A stretch of 64,000 nt of DNA from Nitrosopumilaceae archaeon (GTDB lineage: Archaea; Thermoproteota; Nitrososphaeria; Nitrososphaerales; Nitrosopumilaceae), in assembly GCA_965208905.1 (NCBI GenBank), contig OZ242365.1:32001-96000 (forward strand), given 5' to 3'. The notes beneath the pieces were generated by a model. That model saw nothing but the letters and a program-made list of their open reading frames with translations, did no database searches and had not been told where the DNA came from. Both the position numbers and the translations under genes were made by a program. Below, piece by piece: positions 40,004 through 50,800 of this stretch (position 1 is its first letter; each line of letters begins with the position of its first letter).

Positions 40004-41506
40004 GTGAAATATATAGAGAAAAAGTACATACGCCAAGATACAATAGAGCATAGGGACTATCAGATAAATCTCGCTCATGATGCTGTCAATGAAAACTGTA
40101 TTGTTGTTCTACCTACTGGTCTGGGCAAGACCACCGTGGGATTATACGTTATGGCAGACTACTTGGCACGAAATACTGGCGGTTCACTGTTTTTAGCTCC
40201 CACCAGAGTGCTGGCCAGTCAACATTACAATTTTCTTAAAGATGCGATGACTTTGGATGATATATCGCTGGTGACCGGTGAGGACTCTGTACAGAAGAGA
40301 AAGCAGCGATGGATTGCCAGTGTGGTCTGCGCAACACCTGAGATTGCCCGGAACGACTTTGAAAGAGGCGTGGTGCATCCCAGTCAGTTTAATCTGGTTA
40401 TATTTGATGAGGTACATCGTGCCGTGGGAGATTATGCGTATACTGTCATTGCGCAGAGATTTGTTGGCAGAGACGTTCGTATCATGGGTATGACTGCCAC
40501 ACTACCCAGCGAGATGGAAAAGGCCACTGAGATTGTTACACGGCTTCGGATATCCAAGGTGGTTGAACGTACGGACACAAGTGATGATGTAAAGCCATAC
40601 ATTCAGGATACTCAAACACAGTGGGTTATGATTGACTTGCCACCAGAGATGATTCGCATGCAGCGAGATCTCAAGCGAGCCTTGACTGACAGGTATAATA
40701 TACTGAAAAGCAATGGTTCTCTGAGTTTGGGCACGCCTTCACTCTCCACACTACTTCGTATACGTCAACGTATATTCTCACAGTATCGTGGCCTGATAGT
40801 ACCGTTGATGAGTGCAATTCGCATACATTATGCCCTGAATATATTGGAGGCCCATGGCATAACACCGTTTTTGAACTTTTGTGCTCGTACCCGTAAGAAG
40901 GGCGGCCCTGGGACTATTGACTTGTTGGACAACGACAAGTTCTTTTCCCGAACAGTTCAATCCGCCACACAGTACCAGTCTCAGGGGCTTGAACACCCCA
41001 AGATTCCAAAACTACGTGAACTATTGGCTAAGATACCTGGCAAGGTCTTGATATTTGCCAGCTACAGGGATACTGTGGATGTCATATATGACAATCTACA
41101 AAAGATGAATATTCCATCAGCAATATTGATAGGTAAGGCTGGTGAGACCGGCTTAAAACAAAAAAAGCAGATTGAAACAGTACAAAAGTTTCGAGATGGT
41201 CAATACAGGGTACTGGTTGCTACTAGAGTAGGCGAGGAGGGACTGGATATAGCCGAGGTGAACCATGTGATATTTTATGATAATGTGCCCAGCTCAATAC
41301 GCTACATACAACGAAAAGGCCGCACAGGAAGAAAGAATACTGGAAAACTAATAGTTCTAATTGCCAAAAATACCATTGATGAGACCTATTACTGGGTTGG
41401 AAAGAGAAAGGTAAAGGCTGCCAGTAATGTTGGTAGTAAGATGACCCGCCTATTAAACGAAAACAAGAGAAAACCTGCGCAGACCAGCATGGATGCGTTC
41501 ACCTGA
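40004..41506 (+). CDS. Hef/FANCM-like DEAH helicase (no fused nuclease domain)
   Basis: LPTGLGKT, DEVHRA, TAT, EEGLDI, QRKGRTGR; C-terminal PIP-like QTSMDAF. Confidence 0.9.
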   Translation: MKYIEKKYIRQDTIEHRDYQINLAHDAVNENCIVVLPTGLGKTTVGLYVMADYLARNTGGSLFLAPTRVLASQHYNFLKDAMTLDDISLVTGEDSVQKRKQRWIASVVCATPEIARNDFERGVVHPSQFNLVIFDEVHRAVGDYAYTVIAQRFVGRDVRIMGMTATLPSEMEKATEIVTRLRISKVVERTDTSDDVKPYIQDTQTQWVMIDLPPEMIRMQRDLKRALTDRYNILKSNGSLSLGTPSLSTLLRIRQRIFSQYRGLIVPLMSAIRIHYALNILEAHGITPFLNFCARTRKKGGPGTIDLLDNDKFFSRTVQSATQYQSQGLEHPKIPKLRELLAKIPGKVLIFASYRDTVDVIYDNLQKMNIPSAILIGKAGETGLKQKKQIETVQKFRDGQYRVLVATRVGEEGLDIAEVNHVIFYDNVPSSIRYIQRKGRTGRKNTGKLIVLIAKNTIDETYYWVGKRKVKAASNVGSKMTRLLNENKRKPAQTSMDAFT

Positions 41507-41547
41507 CACAAATTTTAGAATTTAGCGTATCAAACTTTACAAATAAT

Positions 41548-41713
41548 TGTAACAGCTCGCCGTTGTGAAGCTAGGAGTGAAAAAACCTGATACTTGGTCA
41601 GGTTATGTCTATTTCTTCAAGCAAAAGACTGCTTTTTACGCATGGATGCCATGCTGGCCTGACCAAGTATAATTTTAGTATATACACCAACTTCACAACG
41701 GCGAGCTGTTACA
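41548..41713. mobile_element. MITE with TGT...ACA ends (IS481-like)
   Basis: 23-bp perfect TIR TGTAACAGCTCGCCGTTGTGAAG; 6-bp TSD AATAAT at 41542-41547 and 41714-41719. Confidence 0.88.
41591..41669. mobile_element. Inner ~80-bp MITE nested in the previous one
   Basis: TACTTGGTCAGG...CCTGACCAAGTA ends; related inverted copy at 52197-52266. Confidence 0.7.
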
Positions 41714-41751
41714 AATAATTATATTATACTCAAACATCACTTGTATTTAAT

Positions 41752-44121
41752 ATGAAAATTCTTACAGTGACAATTGTTGCAATGTTTGCAATTACATTGA
41801 CTAGTGGCGCATTTGCGCAGACTGATGACAAAATGATGATGATGGATGGAACGCCCTTATCTGGACCTATAACCATCGGCGGTCTATTTCCACTCACAGG
41901 TCAAATAAGCTCCAGTGGTTTGGGCGTTCATGCTGCAGCCGAGTTGGCAGTTGAGGACTTTAATGCATACCTTGAAGAAGCAGGTGCTCAGTGGTGGCTT
42001 GTACTGTCCTCAGAAGACACAGCCACCAATCCTACAATTGCATTAGAAAAGACACAAACCCTCTATGCACGAGGAATTAGTAACATAATAGGACCATCAA
42101 CGAGCGGTAATACACAAAACATCAAGAGCTATGCTGACAGCAATAACATGTTGATAATAAGCTGTTGTTCAACAGCACCCAGTCTAGCTATACCTGGAGA
42201 CAGTATCTATAGATTTGTACCAGATGATAGAAACCAAGGCAGTGCGTTAGGTAAGATTCTTGTCAGAGACGATATTAAAGCATTGGTTCCGGTTTGGAGG
42301 GGAGACACATATGGTGATGACCTGCGAGATGAAACCGCAGCTAGCTTTGAGTCTAGAGGTGGCGAAGTACATCCTGGAGTAAGGTATGCACCTGACACGT
42401 CCGAACTGTCATTAGAGATGGCTCTCTTGGCAAAGTATGTGCAAGAGGTGGCTGATGAACATGGCACCGAAAACGACGTAGCGGTCTTTGTAATCGCATT
42501 TGATGAAATTACTAGTTTAATTCAATCTGCCTCACAATACCCAATACTTGAAAATGTATCTTGGTATGGAACAGAGGCTACCGCTGGCTCGGACGAACTA
42601 ATTGATGATAGAATTGCATCTGCATTTACCGAAAAAGTAGGCTATACGGCGTTGCGAATCTTGCCTAGTTCTGGTCCTGAGAGAGAAAATATTCAAGACC
42701 GTTTGACAGAACAGTTGGGTAATGAACCTGACGCATTTGCTTATACGGCATACGATTCTGTATGGGTATTGGGTAAAGCCATAATGAAGGCAAACAGTGC
42801 TGATTCTGCATACGTCAAGAACGTACTGTATGATGTGGCAGCAGCCCATAGTGGTGCTACAGGCTCCACAGAGCTTAACGATGCAGGTGACATAGCAATA
42901 GCTAACTACGAAGTGTTGAAGATAGAAGATGGTGCTTGGATACAAACTGACAAGTACGCTGCGGCTAGAGATCTGCTAATACCTAGTAATCAACTCACTG
43001 GCGAGATAACGGTGGGATCGCTTTACCCACTTACGGGTAGAAGCTCTTCTACTGGTTATGCCACACGCGAAGCTACTGATCTGGGTGCAGAAGATTTTAA
43101 CAAATTTTTGCAGTCGATAAATGAAGAATGGCATTTGAAGGTGGTTTCTGAAGACTCCACATCACTTCCCACAATAGCATTAGAAAAGATTCAGGGACTG
43201 TTAGCAAAGGGTATTGATATTGTAATCGGTCCTAGACCGTCTGGCGAAGTAACACAGGTAAAATCATATGCAGATACCAACAACATGATGATTATAAGCT
43301 GTTGTTCAACCGCTCCGACTTTGGCTATAGCCAATGATAGTGTATTCAGGATAGCCGTAGATGACGTTCATCAGGGTGCTGGAGTGAGCAAATTGTTTGA
43401 AGTAGAAGGCATAACGGCAGTAGTCCCGATATGGTTGGGAGATGCATACGGTGATGGTTTAGTCAACGAAGTCATTGACAGGGCAGAAACAAGAGGTTAT
43501 GTAGTTTCAGACGGCATACGTTATGAGCCACTGTTACCTGATTTCGCCGTCTCAGTATCCGGACTAGCTGATCAAGTTCAGGCACAGGTAGACAAATACG
43601 GGACAGATAAGGTAGCAGTGTTCATGACATCGTTTGACGAATCAGTACCAATAATGCAAGCTGCTGCTAGATATGATGTACTAGGTGAAATTCGATGGTT
43701 CGGATCAGAGACATTTGTGCCTAAGACCAACATTCTAGATGATCCAATAACGAGCAGCCTAGTCAAATCCGTACAATTTACTGCAATGAGACCTGCCGAT
43801 GTTGATACTGGTGCACACCACCACGTACAAGATCACTTCTTGGAAGTACATGGAGAGATACCAACGGGTTACATATACAGTGCATATGATGCCACATGGC
43901 TTGTTGGTTTATCTATGTTGCAATCTGGAGCCACAGATGCAGATACCATTAAGACAGTATTCCGAGATGTGTCATCCACTTATGTAGGAGCCAGTGGAAA
44001 CACTATATTGAATGAGGCGGGAGATCTGACCCCCCGAAACTATTCCATATGGATCATAGATGAAGATGGGTGGATGTTGACAGATCGACAGTACAATCCA
44101 ATAGATGATGACATTTCCTAA
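41752..44121 (+). CDS. Secreted tandem type-1 solute-binding protein (LivJ/LivK-like, two domains)
   Basis: Signal peptide; two repeats of G.L.PLTG, IISCCSTAP.LAI..DS..R, AYD..W. Confidence 0.85.
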   Translation: MKILTVTIVAMFAITLTSGAFAQTDDKMMMMDGTPLSGPITIGGLFPLTGQISSSGLGVHAAAELAVEDFNAYLEEAGAQWWLVLSSEDTATNPTIALEKTQTLYARGISNIIGPSTSGNTQNIKSYADSNNMLIISCCSTAPSLAIPGDSIYRFVPDDRNQGSALGKILVRDDIKALVPVWRGDTYGDDLRDETAASFESRGGEVHPGVRYAPDTSELSLEMALLAKYVQEVADEHGTENDVAVFVIAFDEITSLIQSASQYPILENVSWYGTEATAGSDELIDDRIASAFTEKVGYTALRILPSSGPERENIQDRLTEQLGNEPDAFAYTAYDSVWVLGKAIMKANSADSAYVKNVLYDVAAAHSGATGSTELNDAGDIAIANYEVLKIEDGAWIQTDKYAAARDLLIPSNQLTGEITVGSLYPLTGRSSSTGYATREATDLGAEDFNKFLQSINEEWHLKVVSEDSTSLPTIALEKIQGLLAKGIDIVIGPRPSGEVTQVKSYADTNNMMIISCCSTAPTLAIANDSVFRIAVDDVHQGAGVSKLFEVEGITAVVPIWLGDAYGDGLVNEVIDRAETRGYVVSDGIRYEPLLPDFAVSVSGLADQVQAQVDKYGTDKVAVFMTSFDESVPIMQAAARYDVLGEIRWFGSETFVPKTNILDDPITSSLVKSVQFTAMRPADVDTGAHHHVQDHFLEVHGEIPTGYIYSAYDATWLVGLSMLQSGATDADTIKTVFRDVSSTYVGASGNTILNEAGDLTPRNYSIWIIDEDGWMLTDRQYNPIDDDIS

Positions 44122-44143
44122 ATATTTTTATTTTTTATAAACT

Positions 44144-44300
44144 TGGTGTGGCTAACGCCGTCAGGAGACAGATCCGCGATGCACATTTTAGTGAAGGGGG
44201 ACAGTCAAGGTATAATGGACAAGAAATCACGGCGGAGTACGGATGAAAAAATTCACATCGTACTCCAGATCTTTAATCCACAGACAGCATGGTGGAGATA
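44144..44300 (+). pseudogene. IS3-like orfA 5' remnant
   Basis: TGTGG.. putative end, then MDKKSRRSTDEKIHIVLQ, truncated. Confidence 0.35.
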
Positions 44301-44833
44301 TCATCTTACCGAATAGTAAACCTAACTGTCTATTAATCGGCAGAATCGTGTGCCAAAAACGATTGCGCTGTGTTATCGATCAATAAACTTATTGCTGCAT
44401 ATCTAGAACGGGACGCTACTACATGTGGTATTATAAGAGGCGGCCGCCCATACCCAACCACTTGGAGATATCCAGCCTCATCGTACCCAATATCTTAGAC
44501 TAATATTCATTTGTTGTGATTCGGGCCCTAGTTACATAGCGATGGCATATATAGCATGCTGGCTGGTTGCATCGTTTAATGAAATATCGTATTTGTCCCT
44601 TAGTGAGTCCGGTAGGCGCGCCATCCTTGTGGGGGAGCCTGCGCATAATACTTTAGATTGGATTGAATTTTACGGTTTCGAACGACCTCTGAGGCCGACG
44701 GCATGTAGATAATTAGATAATCCTAAGAATTCCAATAATGGCCGTACCGGTGAGATGTCAGTTGATGACTGTTTGGTTATGTTTGTGGGACACAGCCACG
44801 TGCTTAAATAAAATTAAATATGTGTCATTGCAT

Positions 44834-46234
44834 ATGATCCGCATGATAAATTCATCACGACAACGAAGTGTAACTAAGCGTAAAAAAAAGCACGACATAC
44901 AACTAGATCTGGCCGTTACAAATTTTGGGCCCATACGTGAAGGTAAAATTCATTTAAAACCACTTACAATTTTCATGGGCCCCAATAATTCTGGTAAATC
45001 ATACATGGCAATATTAATTCATTCAATATTGGGTGCCCGTGTAAATTTGGAAAATATATTTAATATGGTGAAACCTGAGCACATATCCAAGATCCGGCAA
45101 AAGTCACGGAATAGTCCGAACGTGACAAATGATATTACCATTCCACTCATCTTCAAGACGATGGGTAAGAACATACACGAAAACATATCCAAAAACTTTT
45201 CGGCCGAGCTATCTAATCTCATAAAAATTGGGGAGGCGCAATGCAGTATGGATATTACTACCAGTATTATCAAAACCAAAATTTTGCTTACAAAAGAAGA
45301 GATAAAATGCAATACTGCAAATACTAGTGACAATATATTGAGAGTCGGTATACGACAAAACAATGAAAAGCCTACATACGAAAAAGATGGCATTATTAAC
45401 ATAACATATGTTGAACATGACAAAGATTCTGAATCAGTAAGTGATAGTATTAATAGTCGCTTATTTACTAAGTTGATAAAAAAATTTCCCTTTACATTAT
45501 ATATTCCGCCGTCTCGGTACGGCATCATACAGGCTCAACAAGTACTAGCCGCCAGTCTTCTGCATTATGTTCCACATGCTGGCATTTCGCGTTTTACAAT
45601 ACCAGAGATGCCCGGAGTGGTGAGAAATTTCCTAAGTCATTTGCTATTTCCTTACACTGATGCACAAAACAAAAATATTGTTGAGTATTTGGAGGCATCT
45701 ATTCTTGATGGTAAAATAAAAGTCGAACCTAGTAGTTGGAAGGCACCTAAAAAAATGGAATATGTTCATAAAGAGGTTGTCATGCCACTTCACATGGTAT
45801 CCTCTAGCGTGTCGGAGATGATCTCACTAGTGATATATCTACAACACTTGGTTCGCCCAGGATGCCTGCTGATAATCGAAGAGCCTGAATCTCATCTTGA
45901 TCCACAAAACCAGTTACATCTCGCAAAGTGTATTGTGAATCTTATACGCATTGGTGTAAATGTACTAATCACCACGCACAGTCCATATATGGTGGAACAA
46001 TTAGGCAATTACATGCAGATAGGTGGACTTAAAGATAAAAGATCAATTAATGTCGACAAGGATGATTATATACTGCCAAATGAACTTGTCGTGTATGATT
46101 TTGAGCGTGATGGTGACGGCGTTATAATAAAACCAGCTGACGTTTCAACTGTTGACGGCATAACGCAGCGACTGTTTACCGATACATACGAGAAGATAAG
46201 TGAACTAGCATACAGTTTGGAAGATGCACAGTGA
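44834..46234 (+). CDS. ABC-type AAA ATPase (AAA_15/AAA_21-like)
   Basis: NFGPI, GPNNSGKS, SSSVSE signature, IIEEPESHLDP, TTHS. Confidence 0.88.
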   Translation: MIRMINSSRQRSVTKRKKKHDIQLDLAVTNFGPIREGKIHLKPLTIFMGPNNSGKSYMAILIHSILGARVNLENIFNMVKPEHISKIRQKSRNSPNVTNDITIPLIFKTMGKNIHENISKNFSAELSNLIKIGEAQCSMDITTSIIKTKILLTKEEIKCNTANTSDNILRVGIRQNNEKPTYEKDGIINITYVEHDKDSESVSDSINSRLFTKLIKKFPFTLYIPPSRYGIIQAQQVLAASLLHYVPHAGISRFTIPEMPGVVRNFLSHLLFPYTDAQNKNIVEYLEASILDGKIKVEPSSWKAPKKMEYVHKEVVMPLHMVSSSVSEMISLVIYLQHLVRPGCLLIIEEPESHLDPQNQLHLAKCIVNLIRIGVNVLITTHSPYMVEQLGNYMQIGGLKDKRSINVDKDDYILPNELVVYDFERDGDGVIIKPADVSTVDGITQRLFTDTYEKISELAYSLEDAQ

Positions 46235-46695
46235 CATCCGATATCATAAACAAAATCAAGAATAAATACAACTATGCACGCACTGAAAAGTGTTGTGAGA
46301 GCGGTTGCTCCGTTAAGATTGATCGCATAAGTCCACGTGTAGTACTTAGAGGCGAAACCTTGGCGCGTGAGTTACAGAATAATCCTGAAAAAGCATGTGA
46401 CTGTATAATTTTTACGCACACTACCGCGGTTGCCATAACAATGGTTGAACTTAAGGGCCGTGTATCTACAGTAAAAGGCATTTTAGAAAAATTTGAAAAC
46501 AGCGCCGATATTTTATGTCGGATTTTAAAAGAACAGGGCATTAAAGATTATAAAATCAGTGCTATATTGGCCAGCAAATCATTTGGTAAACGCCCTTCGC
46601 TTTATAATGGCCTGCTCCGAAAAATAAAAATTGGTAATACAACGCACACGGTGCGAAAGATCAAATGTGGAAGCCATTTGGCCGACTTTGCATAA
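46231..46695 (+). CDS. Putative PD-(D/E)xK nuclease-fold partner of the ATPase
   Basis: 4-bp overlap with the ATPase; ESGC, ACDCIIF, VELKG. Confidence 0.6.
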   Translation: MTSDIINKIKNKYNYARTEKCCESGCSVKIDRISPRVVLRGETLARELQNNPEKACDCIIFTHTTAVAITMVELKGRVSTVKGILEKFENSADILCRILKEQGIKDYKISAILASKSFGKRPSLYNGLLRKIKIGNTTHTVRKIKCGSHLADFA

Positions 46696-46696
46696 T

Positions 46697-47260
46697 AGAG
46701 ACTGTGCGTAATCTATCTTAATCGCTCATCTGTGGAGTGTTGGTGGTAAGTGAAGCCCCGCACCAAGCGCGTTGCGGCGGGGTTGATATCGTCCGGTACT
46801 ACCGATACCAGGGACACATTCAGAGGTACACGTGCAAGGGCTGCCGCCGGACCTTCAACGACAAGACCGGGACCATTCTTCACTACCGGCACGTCCGGAT
46901 GGGAGACTGGATGATGCCGGTCTGGATGTTCCTGTGCGGGCCGCCCAACGGGATATCGATAAACTATATTGCAACTTCGATAGGCCGCGCCTACTGTACC
47001 GTCTACCAGATGTACCGCGACATCATGCGGAAGGTGGGCGAACTGCCGGAGGGTAAGCTGTCTGGGACGGGCGAGACCGACGAGGGATATATTGTAGACG
47101 GCTCCAAGGTGGTGTCACTGGGCAGCAACGGCGAGAACCGGACTGTCTCCAGCCGCCGCCGGCTGCCCCGCGGCCCGGGCAGGGGCACCTTCGAGAAGAA
47201 TGTACCGATGGTCACCATCTACCGTCAGCGGGCCACAGAAGACGAACCGGATGTGACACT
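46697..47260 (+). pseudogene. IS1595-family transposase remnant with left end
   Basis: End AGAGACTGTGCGTAATC; Zn ribbon RYTCKGCRRTFNDKTGT, ETDEGYI, GRGTFEK; truncated by the IS481-like fragment. Confidence 0.75.
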
Positions 47261-47504
47261 AACGGTAAGCTGGAGCGTTTCCACCGGAGCATAGAGGAGG
47301 AGATGGCCCACTATGAGAGCCTGCCAGAATACATCGAGTATTATAACGAAAGGAGACTTCACTTTTCACTGGATATTGCTAACTATGAAACTCCCATCAA
47401 GGCATTCTGTGTCAGGAAGGCGACAGAAGAAGTCAGGTCTAATGACCCCAACTGGATGGAGGCGGAGTCAAATGACTAGCGGACATAATTTTCGTATACT
47501 ACAC
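47261..47504 (+). pseudogene. IS481-like transposase C-terminal remnant and right end
   Basis: NGKLERFHRSIEEE..YIEYYNERRLHFSL..TP; ends ...CTACACA. Confidence 0.75.
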
Positions 47505-47851
47505 ATTAGTCATGAACTGATACGTTGCGATTGCCCAATACTGATATGATATTTTGGATTGTTGCATGACTGTGCCGACTTTGACTGAAAAGTACGTTTT
47601 ACATTTGGAACAATAGTATGGCATTTTTGGATGTTTACACTCTATTGTATCGTCATGTTTGCAGTTGGGACATTTGCGGCCATCTCTCCATATGTGGCTT
47701 TCAAACCACTTCATGGCCGTGTGATTATCAGGGAACATCTTGATTAATTCCGTTAGTGTTATTCCTTCACGGTGGCTTTTACCTGATGCTTGTTGCATAC
47801 CATACCTTAGAATTATGGAGTATGTAAATCCTACTCATCCCTATAATTCTC
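47499..47851 (-). pseudogene. IS1595-family N-terminal remnant with left end GAGAATTATAGGG
   Basis: FPD..A..WFE..W.DG..CPNC..CSKC..FSVKVGTVM..SK; end at 47851. Confidence 0.8.
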
Positions 47852-47886
47852 ATAATTTAATAGGGGGGGGGCGCATAGGGTATATC

Positions 47887-50800
47887 ATGAGACCTGTTAC
47901 CGACGGTCCGCCCACGGGGGGGGGGAGAAGTGATTGCCTATACGGTTATCGTGGCGATCGCGGTGCTTGCTCTACTGTTGGCAGGTAGTAATGATGCGCT
48001 TGGGCTGGAGACGAGTGATTCAGGCACAAGATACCAGATATACGGGAATGTGTCTGTCATACCGGTACTAACTGACTTGGAAGCGCCCTGGGATGTGGCG
48101 TTTGGTGATAACGGTTGGATGTACGTATCCACTAGGCCTGGAGTGTTGTATGGTATGTATGAGGGAAATGTGACAAATTTATTGAACCTTCGAGTCTCTG
48201 GTGGAGAGGGCGGTATGTTGGGAATTGCCACACTTGGAGATATGTTGTATATATACCACACTGATCCGGAGAACGGTAACAAGATCAGCCGATATATCCA
48301 TGGGGAGTCGGGCCTCTCGTACAACACCACAATAATAGAGAATATTCCTGCGGGAGCATATCACGATGGTGGACGGATACGGTTCGGACCAGACTCAATG
48401 TTATATGTGACTACCGGTGATGCAGGTCGTAACGTGAACTCTTGGCTCACATCATCGCTGGCAGGCAAGATACTGCGACTCAATCCAGACGGTTCCATTC
48501 CATCTGACAATCCGTTTCCGGACAGTCCCGTATATGCATACGGACTACGCAATCCGCAAGGACTGGCATGGGATTGGCATGGCAATCTTTACGCAACGGA
48601 TCATGGTACAAGTGGACAAGACGAGATAAACCTCATTATAGCTGGTGGTAATTATGGATGGCCGTTTTCACGCGGAGACCGTATAGTTCCCAACACCCTC
48701 CCACCGTTGATACACTCCGGCAACGACACTTGGGCGCCCTCAGGTTTAGTCTTTGCCGGGACGGAAATTCCGCAGTGGGAGGAGACGCTTCTGTATGGGG
48801 CTCTGCGTGGAGAACATTTGGGAATAGTGCGGACAGATGGATCCGGACATAACATGGCGTATGCTGGTGAATTCGGCCGCATACGCACGCCCATAAAACA
48901 TCCCAATGGAACTTTGTATCTGCTGACTAGCAACAATGATGGGAGAGGTACTCCAAATGCAGGAGATGATAAGCTCCTGCGTCTTGAATATGATGTCTAT
49001 GCCAAGGCACAAGTTACAGCCAGTACGCCAGTTGCAGGAGAGGATATCGTAGTCACCATCACTTTGGACGCCGCTGCGCCCATAGACAATCATTTTATTG
49101 TACAATTGTATCGATGTGATCAAAATGGCTACATAAAGGATATGAACCTATGTTCTGGCGATAAAACGGTTACATATGATGATATTGTCTCGACATATAC
49201 ACCAGAACCGGGTCATCCTAGCAGCACTTCGCTAAATCTCCCCGCAGGTATCTTGGACATAAAAAATGGCACAACAACAGGCACATTATCTTTTGGCACA
49301 ACACATGATGGTGATGAGGACCAAGAATCCCTAATTATCTCTGTGGCACCGCGTGTTGACAAGAGAGGATGGCACCCATTTTATTCATTTAATGACCGAC
49401 TAAAGTTGGCATGGGTTGACCTATCTACCCCGTTTGTGGGAGGAAGTCATGGTTTTGCCTACTGGAAGACTTCAATTCTCCCCTCGCCGGATCAACCTCA
49501 AGTCGTAGAAATTTCCGGCCTCCACAGTGTGAATGAGGGTGACTCTATACCTATCTTTATAGATGCCAAGCCGGCTCCGTCGTCACCATTGGACATAAAC
49601 GTCACAATCGCCCAGGTGGGAAACTTTGTGAATTCTAAATATATAGGATCACAGACAATAACACTCCATACAAACGGATCTGCATCAATGACGATACCGA
49701 TTGATAACGACATCGTAGATATTCTGCGCCGCATTGGATATTCTAGTGGCCATATTGTGACTATACCAACTATTGATAACAACATTGTGGGTGAGCCAGA
49801 CGGTAGAGTCACAGTAACACTGAATCAAGGTTTGGGGTACAAGCCTGCCTCCTCAAAGACATGGTCAGTCGGTGTATATGATGACGATGACGGCAAACCC
49901 GTGGCAGTATCACTTACAGCAGCAAAGACATCCATCTTCGAGGGTGGTAAGGGCAATTTTACAATCAAACTGAACCGTCAGTTAGAGCCGGGCGAAACCG
50001 TCACCGTGCCATTTGATGTGGAAGGCGGTACGACACCCGAGCACTGGTCTGTCAGTCTCAGTGAATACAGTACAGGGGCAGAGCTAACTGCGTCTGGCGC
50101 CAAACCCGTTGTAGTATTTACCAGAGGGGGGCAAACCGCGATGCTTGTGCTTACTGTCAACCAAGACAGTGACGCTGTAGACCATGCACTCACCGTATCA
50201 CTTGGAACCGGTGACAGGCGCCCAACATCAATCGGGGTTGCAGGCGGGACAATACTGGGCGATGTTACATCACTTACAATTGACATTATAGATGATGACA
50301 AGCCGGCTCCCACCATAAACATACAGGGGGATAATCCCGTACGGCTGTCTGTAGGGGGACAGTACGTTGATGCTGGCGCCACCTGTACAGATCACACCAA
50401 AAGTCCCATCACGCCCACAGTCAACGGCTCTGTCAACACGCTCGTTCCAAGTACATACACCATACACTACTCTTGCGCAGATGACACAGGCAAAAAGTCA
50501 TCTGCAGCCAGGATAGTAGTTATACAGGACACCGCACCGCCGACGCTGACCATACCAAATGTGTCGGCCGAGGCCACCGGACCATCAACGCCTGTAGACA
50601 TTGGATTCCCCACCATACAGGATGCCTCCGGTGGGCCCTATATTATAACACACAACGCCACCGGAACGCCCCAGACTGCGACCTCTGATGTCACCGTATC
50701 TCTTGCCGTCGGCACCCATACAATACAGTGGAATGCTACAGATGCATCACACAACACCGGTACGACACACCAGACTGTATCTGTTTCAGACACCACGCCG

